Of a DNA stretch of 64,000 nt, positions 36,494-44,403 are shown piece after piece. Every line of letters starts with the position of its first letter. The stretch's first letter is position 1. A program made the translations under genes and the position numbers. Origin of the DNA: a virus; the IMG/VR virus record IMGVR_UViG_3300036834_000189, positions 52,207-116,206 of that record; one strand, written 5' to 3'. Below the pieces are notes generated by a model. That model did no database searches. It worked only from the letters and a program-made list of their open reading frames with translations, and had not been told where the DNA came from.

Positions 36494-36669
36494 GCGCGCT
36501 TCTCCGCTGTCGTACCGACCGCGGCTCACCCCGCGGCAGCGCCGTGTCGTCATCCGTTTCGTCATCCGCTTCTTCGCCCTGCTGTGCGGCGCGATAAGTG
36601 CCTGGGCGCTCGTTCTGGTGGTCCTCTACCTTGCCGTCGTCACATGGCTGAATTTGTAGGATCTTGATC

Positions 36670-37530
36670 ATGTCGGCTGTTCCCGGTTACCCGCCGACCG
36701 CTCCCGCCGCGTCGCGGATCGTCGTGTTGCCGCCGATCTATCCGGCGCCGGTCCGCGATTTTCGCATTTTTGACTTTACTGCGCCGATCAAGCCGGCGAC
36801 CAAGGCCGCGATCACCGCGGCATCGTGGAGCTGCACGGTCGACGCGCAGAGCGAGGTCGTCGACCCTACTCCCTCCGGTCGCCTGATCGGAGCGCCGAGC
36901 TTTGACACCTTCACCACGACACAGCTGATCGGCGACTGTGTCGATAACTGTCTCTACGCGCTGAGCGCGCAGGTCACCGTGACCGACGGCCGGATCCTCG
37001 TGCTCAACGGATCGCTCTACTGCTCCGGTCTCCCTGCTGTCGCGATCTTGCCGGACGGCGCGCTGGTGTTCGACTACGACGAGTTCGTTATCAAGTTTCC
37101 CGAGTTCATGCCGCTGTCCGAAGAGCTGTTGGCCGGGTATTGGGCGCAGGCCGGCATGCTCTTTCGCAACGACGCGACATCATCGGAGCAGGACCCGGTG
37201 ATCCGCCGCGAGATCCTCGATCTGCTGACCGCGCATTGCGCCGTGCTGTTTGCTCCGCCGCCCGTAGGACGCGGTGGCGGGGGGTCAAGCGCGCTCGGCG
37301 GGGTGTTGACCTCGAAATCGGTCAATGGCGTCTCGGTGGGCTCCTCCGGGGTTTTTCCGGGGATGAGCGGTACGCAGGCGTGGTACATGTTGAGTAGTTA
37401 TGGTCAGAAGGCGTGGATGATGACGCGAGCGTATCGTACCTTTCATTACCTTCCCGGTCCTCAGAGATTTCCCAGTTCAAACAACCCGATCTGGCCATTT
37501 GGGCCTTTTAATCCGTACTATTGGCATTGA
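36670..37530 (+). CDS. Head-tail adaptor (DUF4054-like) with N-terminal extra domain
   Basis: FDYDEF..FPEF, LLTAH, AWY..SSYG..W..TRAYRTFHY. Confidence 0.75.
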   Translation: MSAVPGYPPTAPAASRIVVLPPIYPAPVRDFRIFDFTAPIKPATKAAITAASWSCTVDAQSEVVDPTPSGRLIGAPSFDTFTTTQLIGDCVDNCLYALSAQVTVTDGRILVLNGSLYCSGLPAVAILPDGALVFDYDEFVIKFPEFMPLSEELLAGYWAQAGMLFRNDATSSEQDPVIRREILDLLTAHCAVLFAPPPVGRGGGGSSALGGVLTSKSVNGVSVGSSGVFPGMSGTQAWYMLSSYGQKAWMMTRAYRTFHYLPGPQRFPSSNNPIWPFGPFNPYYWH

Positions 37531-37613
37531 CGGATTGGTTTCGCATCACCTGTGCGCGCGGCGATCGATGCACGTGCTTCCAGGAGTCCTTTCTCATCTG
37601 CCCGGATACAGTG

Positions 37614-38054
37614 ATGAGATTTGAATGGCGCTCTCCGCGGTTCCCGGTGATGGACGCCGAGTTCAAGGAGCATGAGCACGCGCGCAACGAAAGCGGTCAG
37701 TTCACCAGTGGTGGCGGCGGTGGTGGTGCATCGGAGAAAACGCCGCATCGGCGCGATTCCAAGGCTGTTCTGCACATGACTGATCCGTTGGGCTGGCACC
37801 ACATGAAAGACGCCGACGGTAATGTCTGGCGGCACTCCGAGAAGCATCACGCACTGGTCGCCAGCAACAAAGCGATGCCCGATCAGCCGGGCGGGGGCTG
37901 GCTCAAGGCTCCCGAGATCAAAGCCAAGCGGATGATCCCGAGAGGCATGCCGGGTGGCGGAAAAAACCCGCCGCCGGCATCTGCTGCGGTCTGGAAGAAG
38001 CTCGAAGCACAGGGGCTGGTCAAGCCGGCGCGTACCGGGTGGGAAAAGAAGTGA
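37614..38054 (+). CDS. Putative internal head protein
   Basis: WRSPRFPVMDAEFKEHEHARNESGQFTSGGGG leader shared with the 23056 ORF. Confidence 0.6.
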   Translation: MRFEWRSPRFPVMDAEFKEHEHARNESGQFTSGGGGGGASEKTPHRRDSKAVLHMTDPLGWHHMKDADGNVWRHSEKHHALVASNKAMPDQPGGGWLKAPEIKAKRMIPRGMPGGGKNPPPASAAVWKKLEAQGLVKPARTGWEKK

Positions 38055-38057
38055 CGC

Positions 38058-38819
38058 ATGCAGTCGGCACGCGACCGTTTTGCCCGTGCCCGCCGCGCCG
38101 AGGTGCGTTACGGCATCCAACTGCGCCAGATCGCGCGGCAGATCAATGCCTTTGTGCACGGGATCTTCCACCCGCAGGACCCGGCCACCGCGTCGTACCT
38201 CGAACGCACATTGCACGACTACGAGGACACGATCCGACCGTGGGCCGAATCAGTCGGTCGGCGCATGCTGGTCGATGTCAGCCAACGCGACTTCACGGCG
38301 TGGCTTGAGCACGGCAAAGCGATTGGCAGAGCCTTACGGGGGATTGTCGAGACCGCGCCGATCGGCAATGAGTTCCGCCAGTTGCAGGACACCCAGGTCG
38401 ACCTGATCACCAGCATTCCGCGCGACGCCGCTCAACGGGTGCACGACCTCAGTCTGGAGCATCTGCTCCAAGGTCGGCGGTGGGAAGAAGTCGCGCGCGA
38501 CATTCTCGACCAGGGCGATGTCAGCCGGTCAAAAGCCAATCTGATCGCGCGGACCGAGACCTCGCGCGCCGCTGGCCAGTTCACGATGGTCCGTGCGATG
38601 CACATGGGCAGCGAGGGGTACATCTGGCGGACCGTGCGCGATGCCGATGTTCGGCTCGAACACCGCAAGCTGGAGGGCACGTTTCAGCGTTGGGACAGCC
38701 CGCCGGTCGCCGGTTATGGGCGCGGGCACTCGGAGCAGCGGTATCATCCAGGGGGCGGGCCGAATTGCCGCTGTATGAGCGAGCCGGTAATGCCCGACGA
38801 GCCGCAAAAGGGCTATTAA
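38058..38819 (+). CDS. MuF/SPP1 gp7-like minor head protein (no C-terminal toxin domain)
   Basis: LIARTE, YIWRTVRDADVRLEH, HPGGGPNCRC. Confidence 0.88.
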   Translation: MQSARDRFARARRAEVRYGIQLRQIARQINAFVHGIFHPQDPATASYLERTLHDYEDTIRPWAESVGRRMLVDVSQRDFTAWLEHGKAIGRALRGIVETAPIGNEFRQLQDTQVDLITSIPRDAAQRVHDLSLEHLLQGRRWEEVARDILDQGDVSRSKANLIARTETSRAAGQFTMVRAMHMGSEGYIWRTVRDADVRLEHRKLEGTFQRWDSPPVAGYGRGHSEQRYHPGGGPNCRCMSEPVMPDEPQKGY

Positions 38820-38837
38820 ATCAAGGCAGACTGAAAG

Positions 38838-39452
38838 ATGCCGACGACACCCGACAAACTCGCCCAAGCCTTGGCCGACCTGCAGCGCCGCCGTGTGCTG
38901 ATCGGCATCCCCGCTGGCGAGCCGCGCGAAGGCGGGACGATCACCAATGCGGCGATCGGCTACATCAACGAATTCGGCTCGCCCGCCGCCAATATCCCGG
39001 CGCGTCCGCATCTCGTCCCCGGGGTCCAAGCCGCATTGCCGGCGATCACCAAGTATCTTCAGGCTGCGGCGCGCGCCGCACTGACCGGGGCTGACCCCAG
39101 TGTCGTCGACAGCTACTTCGAGCAAGCCGGGCAAAAGGGAGTCGACTCGGTCAAGGCGCTGATACGAGCCAAGCTCAAGCCGCAACTGGCCGAGTCGACT
39201 GTGAAGGCTAGGCGACTGCGTCGTCCCGATATTCATTATCGGGTTCGCATGCAGATTGTCGACGCAGTGGAAGCGGCGAAGGGGACGCCGCGCGGGTCGC
39301 CCGCCCGGCTGCTGCTCGCGCAATTGCGCGAGCGCTACAACCTGGGCAAGCAGGTTTATCTGCGCGCGGCGCAGACGCCGGAAGAGGCGACACCGTTGCT
39401 CGACACATCGAATTACATCAACTCTTTTACTGCGGTCGTCGTCAAGAAATAG
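38838..39452 (+). CDS. Neck/virion morphogenesis protein
   Basis: IGYINEFGSP..IPARP, PLLDT. Confidence 0.75.
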   Translation: MPTTPDKLAQALADLQRRRVLIGIPAGEPREGGTITNAAIGYINEFGSPAANIPARPHLVPGVQAALPAITKYLQAAARAALTGADPSVVDSYFEQAGQKGVDSVKALIRAKLKPQLAESTVKARRLRRPDIHYRVRMQIVDAVEAAKGTPRGSPARLLLAQLRERYNLGKQVYLRAAQTPEEATPLLDTSNYINSFTAVVVKK

Positions 39453-39501
39453 CAAGCTTCGCTGGGGCACGTCGTTTCCTTGGCCGGCGTTCTCCGGACG
39501 A

Positions 39502-39571
39502 AGAGAGGAGGGGCCGTCGCCCCCTTGGGTTTAAACTGAGGATGAGGGTGACGGGCGGCGGCCTCTCTTTT
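39502..39571 (+). terminator. Long hairpin followed by T-tract
   Basis: AGAGAGG/CCTCTCT, CCGTCGCCC/GGGTGACGG and CCTTGG/CTGAGG stems, then TTT. Confidence 0.45.
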
Positions 39572-39675
39572 CTAGGTTTGTTTGTGTGACACACCTCGCT
39601 CCCTCTTTTCGGGTCTCTCTCGCCGCTCGGCAATGGTGTGTCGCACTTCTAATTTATACCACGGTTGAGATCAAA

Positions 39676-40089
39676 ATGCCGTTGCTCGATGTCTCCGAAG
39701 CCTTCGATGTGCTGTTCTGGGACGACATTACCGTGACCCGGCGGTCGACGACGATCTCGCAGTATGGGCGGGTAGCGACAATCAATACCCAGTTCACGAT
39801 GCAGGCAGTGGTCACTGCCGCGTCGCCCGACGACCTCAGTCGCGTCCCGGATTACCAGCTGATGCACAAGACCATCTCGATCTACTCGATCACGCGGCTG
39901 CAGGGACCGGCAGACGACGGGTCGGGCAATCAGACGATGCCCGACCTCGTCCTGTGGCACGGCTCGACTTACGTGGTCCGGATGGTCGACGACTACTCGG
40001 GCTATGGCCGTGGTTTTATCCACGCAGTCTGCGAAGGGGTTCAGGCAGTCGACCCGGCGCCGATGGCTGACCCGGTCGGCAGTGCCTGA
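39676..40089 (+). CDS. Head-closure/head-tail joining protein
   Basis: MPLLDVSE..PD.V.W.G..Y.V..VDDYSGYGRGF. Confidence 0.75.
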   Translation: MPLLDVSEAFDVLFWDDITVTRRSTTISQYGRVATINTQFTMQAVVTAASPDDLSRVPDYQLMHKTISIYSITRLQGPADDGSGNQTMPDLVLWHGSTYVVRMVDDYSGYGRGFIHAVCEGVQAVDPAPMADPVGSA

Positions 40090-40092
40090 GGC

Positions 40093-40278
40093 GTGGACAT
40101 CATGCCGATCTCCGGGATCTTCTGGGTGCTGTTTGGGCTGTGGGTGGTGTTTGCGGTGCGGAACTATTGGTCGACAGCCGTAGGTCGCCAAACCGGCGCG
40201 AGCGGCTGGGGCGAGCGGCTGCTGCTGGCAGCCGCGCTATTGCTGCTCGGTCTGCGGGTGTTCGGGGTCGTCGAGTAA
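40093..40278 (+). CDS. Small two-helix membrane protein
   Basis: Hydrophobic; similar to the 41502 ORF. Confidence 0.5.
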   Translation: MDIMPISGIFWVLFGLWVVFAVRNYWSTAVGRQTGASGWGERLLLAAALLLLGLRVFGVVE

Positions 40279-40435
40279 TGGCTGATCCGGGGAACCGTGC
40301 GGCTCATCGGCGTCATCGGCGGCCGAAGTCCAGCTCTCGCGAGTATCAGAACGCTTGGCGACGACGCGACTATGTGATGCGCCGCAAGCGTCTGGCCCAG
40401 CGCCTGCGGCGACTATGGCTGCGGCTTGGCAATCA

Positions 40436-40750
40436 GTGAAAGGGACGCGCAGTCAATTCCCCGGCACCTTCCGCAGCAGCCGCAATCGCTGGGGCATGAA
40501 GGTGTGGATCGACGGCGAGCTGCACTACCTCGGCACCTTGCCCGACCGCGCCGCGGCGGCCGACTACGTGCGCTTGGTCGAGAGCCGCTATCCGCAGCGC
40601 CTGCGCCGCCGCCGCGGCACCGTGTATCGGCAAAGAGGGCGCCGCAACTGGGTCGCCTTGGGGCCGCGCCCGCAGCGCCGCCGGCTGGGGAGCTTTGCAA
40701 CCCGGTGGGCCGCCGAGCGCGCGCTCGCCGTCGATCGCTCAAGGAGCTGA
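40436..40750 (+). CDS. AP2-like DNA-binding protein
   Basis: Two W...YLGT/LGSF..AA motifs. Confidence 0.45.
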   Translation: MKGTRSQFPGTFRSSRNRWGMKVWIDGELHYLGTLPDRAAAADYVRLVESRYPQRLRRRRGTVYRQRGRRNWVALGPRPQRRRLGSFATRWAAERALAVDRSRS

Positions 40751-40795
40751 CCAAATGCCGCTGTTGGATGTCGCCAGCCTGGACAGCCCGCCGCA

Positions 40796-41497
40796 ATGAC
40801 GATCCCGAACCAGGCGCGTGACAGCAGCGAGCGCGGCTTTCTCCAGCCGGTCGCGCCGGTCCTGCCGCTCGACGACGATGCGCTGGAGGATTTCCTGCAG
40901 CAGTGGATGGCTGGGGTCGCCGGGGTGGACGGCACGATGGTGCGCCATCGTTGGCAACCGGAACCGCCGAATATCCCGGATTTTGGCACCGACTGGGTCG
41001 CCATCGGCATTACCCGCGTGGTCACCGAGACCTTCCCGTGGATCGGCGGCAACGACCCGCTGTACGACCAGATGCAGCGGCACCAGACGATCGACGTGAT
41101 GGCGAGCTTTTACGGTCCGCATTCCGCAAGCATTGCCGGGCGATTGCGCGACGGTCTGTTTGTGTCGCAGAACCGCGAGATCCTGCTGCTCAACGAGATG
41201 GGGCTGGTCGAGGTCGGCGAGCAGCGGCGCGCCCCCGATTTGATCAAGAACCAGTGGGTCGACCGCGAGGATCTGACAGTCACGGTACGCCGCCGCATCG
41301 TGCGCCAGTACCCGGTGCGCAACATCATCGAGGCGCACGGCGTGGTGACGGCGCAGCCGCCGGGCGACGGCCTGTTGGTGTCGAGCACCTTCGACGCGCG
41401 CCTGATGGCGGGTCGCATACGGATCGTGAGTTCGGCCGCCGGGGCATTGAGCACGGGGCCGGGCAAGGCCGATCTTGCGGGAGGAGAGGGGAGTTAA
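40796..41497 (+). CDS. Neck/tail terminator protein
   Basis: VRHRWQPEPP, SFYGP, DGL.VSQNR, W..R.DL. Confidence 0.78.
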   Translation: MTIPNQARDSSERGFLQPVAPVLPLDDDALEDFLQQWMAGVAGVDGTMVRHRWQPEPPNIPDFGTDWVAIGITRVVTETFPWIGGNDPLYDQMQRHQTIDVMASFYGPHSASIAGRLRDGLFVSQNREILLLNEMGLVEVGEQRRAPDLIKNQWVDREDLTVTVRRRIVRQYPVRNIIEAHGVVTAQPPGDGLLVSSTFDARLMAGRIRIVSSAAGALSTGPGKADLAGGEGS

Positions 41498-41501
41498 ACC
41501 G

Positions 41502-41675
41502 ATGCTGGTCATCCAAATCCTGTTCTGGGTTCTGCTGATCCTTTGTTTCGTCGTCGGGCCGCCGTGGGGGGCCTGGGGTCAAGCCGCGCCGGCTTGGTCG
41601 CCGCACGTCGTTTATCTGGTGTTGTTCATCTGTCTTGGTCTCGCCGTCTTCAGCGGCGGCGTTTTGATGCGCTGA
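41502..41675 (+). CDS. Small two-helix membrane protein
   Basis: ILFWVLLIL..LFICLGLAVF. Confidence 0.55.
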   Translation: MLVIQILFWVLLILCFVVGPPWGAWGQAAPAWSPHVVYLVLFICLGLAVFSGGVLMR

Positions 41676-41729
41676 CCCTGTCGACCCGCTGACCATCCAC
41701 CCGTCGATATCCAATAGGAGGCTTTTGCC

Positions 41730-43226
41730 ATGGCGCTCGGCTTGCCGGTCTCCCGGCTGATCAATGTTACGGTAAACATCAACCCGGCGGCGATCCCGTT
41801 TGCCAATTTCGACTCGCTGTTGGCGGTCGGCGACAGTCCGGTGATCGACACGCAGGAGCGTATCCGCGCCTACGGGTCGCTGGGGGAGGTGGCCGATGAT
41901 TTCGGCACCGCCGCGCCTGAATATGCCGCGGCGAGCCTATTCTTCGGCCAAACTCCGCAGCCTGCCTCGCTGTTCATCGGGCGCTGGGCGCACACCGCGA
42001 CGAACGGTGAACTCTATTGCGGGCCGCTGACTGTCACCGAGCAGCAGATGGCCAACTGGACCAACATCACGAACGGCTCGTTCGAGATCTCGATCGACGG
42101 CACGGCGCACGCGATCACCGCGCTGACTTTCTTGGGCACCAGCAATTTGAACGGGGTCGCGGCGGCGATCCAGACCGAGCTACACACGGCGGGGGCGACC
42201 ACGGCCACGTGCATTTGGAACGGGTTGCAGTTTCAGTTTGGCTCGGGCACCACCGGGCCGGCTTCGACGGTCAGCTATCTGACCGCGGTCAGTCCGACCA
42301 GCGGTGTCGACATCAGCGCGCAGCTCAAAGGCACCGCGGCGCTGGCGCAGCGCAATGTCGCGGGCGCGCCCGCCGAGAGTGCGCTCGACGCGGTCATCGC
42401 GCTCGACGGCATCGGCACCTACTGGTACGGACTGACATTTGCGTCGCCGAATATCGTCGATGCCGATCGTGAGGCGATTGCCCAGTACATCGAAGGCGCC
42501 AACAACAAGCACGTCTTCGGGATCAACACCAACAATCCGGTGGCGCTGACCAATACCGACAACTCCAGCATCGGGTATGTGCTGAAGCAGGCCGGCTACC
42601 GTCGCAGCTTCTGCATGTACTCATCGACGAACCCTTATGCGGTGTCGGCGTTTTTTGGGCGCGCCTTCACAGTCGACTTCCTCGGCTCCAACACCGCCAT
42701 TACGATGATGTGGCAGGAGCTGGCCGGGATCACGCCGGAATATCTCGGGACCGCCCAGGCCGACGCGCTCGACACCAACAATTACAATTACCTTGCCGAG
42801 TTCAACAATCAGCGCGCCATCGTCATGAACGGCAAGATGTGCGCCGACTACTTCTTTGATGAAGTGTGGGGTTCCGACTGGCTGGCGGGTGGTATCCAGA
42901 CTGCGCTGTTCGATCTTCTGAGCACGATCCGCACCAAGGTGCCGCAGACCGATTCCGGCATCCACATGCTGACCAACATCTGCACGGCGACTTGTGCGCA
43001 GGCGGTGGTCAACGGCTATGTCGCGCCGGGGCAATGGAACGCCGCGGGGTTTGGGATACTGCAGACCGGCGAATACCTGGACAAGGGATTTTACGTCTAC
43101 GCGCCGCCAATGGCGACTCAGCCACAGCCCGACCGCGAGGCGCGCAAGAGCCCATTGATCCAGATCGCGGTCAAGCTGGCTGGCGCGATCCACACGGTCG
43201 ACGTGCTGATCAATGTGAACCGCTAA
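41730..43226 (+). CDS. Contractile tail sheath (DUF3383-type)
   Basis: GLPVSRLINV, FFDEVWGSDWL, KVPQTD, GAIHTVDV. Confidence 0.9.
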   Translation: MALGLPVSRLINVTVNINPAAIPFANFDSLLAVGDSPVIDTQERIRAYGSLGEVADDFGTAAPEYAAASLFFGQTPQPASLFIGRWAHTATNGELYCGPLTVTEQQMANWTNITNGSFEISIDGTAHAITALTFLGTSNLNGVAAAIQTELHTAGATTATCIWNGLQFQFGSGTTGPASTVSYLTAVSPTSGVDISAQLKGTAALAQRNVAGAPAESALDAVIALDGIGTYWYGLTFASPNIVDADREAIAQYIEGANNKHVFGINTNNPVALTNTDNSSIGYVLKQAGYRRSFCMYSSTNPYAVSAFFGRAFTVDFLGSNTAITMMWQELAGITPEYLGTAQADALDTNNYNYLAEFNNQRAIVMNGKMCADYFFDEVWGSDWLAGGIQTALFDLLSTIRTKVPQTDSGIHMLTNICTATCAQAVVNGYVAPGQWNAAGFGILQTGEYLDKGFYVYAPPMATQPQPDREARKSPLIQIAVKLAGAIHTVDVLINVNR

Positions 43227-43241
43227 AGGAGGGCGGGGTAG

Positions 43242-43739
43242 ATGGCTACTTATTCGTTCACCGATGTTTCATGCACGATCAGTGGGCCGGCGGGGGCGGC
43301 TATTGTGTTGAACAATCTTGCGGCTGGCGCGACGACGCCGATGGGCTCCGGCTATGGGGCCGCGGAAGAGGGCATCACAGTCGAGATGACAGAAGACAAG
43401 GATACAATGACGTGGGGCGCCGACGGAAGTTTGATGCACTCATTGCACGCGGCGATTGCCGGTCGCATGACGGTGCGGCTGCTCAAGACTTCGCCAACCA
43501 ATGCGCAATTGCAGACGATGTACACGGCGCAGCAGACCTCGGCGGCATTGTGGGGCAGCAACACGATCACCATCCAGGATCACGCGCGTGGTGACAACAT
43601 CACCGGCACGCAGATGGCTTTTATGAAGTTTCCCAATGTGGTGTACGCCAAAGACGGCAACATCATGGAATGGGTCTTTGGCGGGCGCGTGTCGCATGTC
43701 ATTGGCGGCGGCATCGCAATTAACGCCACGAGCTTCTGA
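43242..43739 (+). CDS. Tail tube protein (DUF3277-type)
   Basis: TYSF.DV, AEEGI, GADGS.MHS, LLKTSP.N. Confidence 0.85.
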   Translation: MATYSFTDVSCTISGPAGAAIVLNNLAAGATTPMGSGYGAAEEGITVEMTEDKDTMTWGADGSLMHSLHAAIAGRMTVRLLKTSPTNAQLQTMYTAQQTSAALWGSNTITIQDHARGDNITGTQMAFMKFPNVVYAKDGNIMEWVFGGRVSHVIGGGIAINATSF

Positions 43740-44212
43740 TGGCTGAGGTCGAGCTTGCGGAGCATACCTATCGGGTCGGGCGGCTGAACGCGATCCAGCA
43801 ATGGGAAATTTTCCGCCGCCTCGGGCCGGTACTGCCGATGCTCAGCGCCGAGATGGACGGCAGTGTCGCTGCGACCCCTGGGGCGCGGTGGATCATGAGC
43901 GCAGTGGCTGGCTTTTTGTCGCAACTGAAACAGGAGGATGCCGACTACATCCTGCACGCGGCGCTGGCCGTGGTCGAGCGCTTCGACCCGCAGAATCAGC
44001 GGTGGTTCCGCGTCGCCTCGATGAACGGCACGGGCGGGCTGATGTATCAGGACATCGAGTTGTTGACGATGTTGGAATTGATGGACCGCGCGCTGCAGGA
44101 GAACATGGGAAGTTTTTTCGCTCAGCTGCGGGCCGCTTCCGACGCGTCGACCTCAACGCGGACGGAGACGGACGCGGCGGGTCTCCCCGCTTTGCCAGTG
44201 GACTTGCACTGA
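43739..44212 (+). CDS. Tail assembly chaperone
   Basis: Between tube and TMP; LNAIQQW..RRL. Confidence 0.78.
   Translation: MAEVELAEHTYRVGRLNAIQQWEIFRRLGPVLPMLSAEMDGSVAATPGARWIMSAVAGFLSQLKQEDADYILHAALAVVERFDPQNQRWFRVASMNGTGGLMYQDIELLTMLELMDRALQENMGSFFAQLRAASDASTSTRTETDAAGLPALPVDLH
44113..44119 (+). other. Putative -1 ribosomal frameshift heptamer T-TTT-TTC
   Basis: In-frame X XXY YYZ; the -1 frame is open to 44403. Confidence 0.55.
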
Positions 44213-44217
44213 TCGGC

Positions 44218-44403
44218 ATGTCCAATGAGCGCGACTGGCTGTTGCGGCCCGTGCGCCTCGGCATGTGCCGCTACGAGAGCCTCATTGACGGCGCGCTCGG
44301 GCTCGACGATGTCGCGGACATGAACGAAGCACTGGACGTGGCCGATGAAAACCAGCAGCGCTATCAGGACAGCGTGACCCCGCCAGGTGGCCGCGGTGGC
44401 TGA
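44218..44403 (+). CDS. Second chaperone segment (DUF6889-like), likely frameshift extension
   Basis: WLLRPV..CRYESL.DG.L...D.A.MNE.LD. Confidence 0.7.
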   Translation: MSNERDWLLRPVRLGMCRYESLIDGALGLDDVADMNEALDVADENQQRYQDSVTPPGGRGG

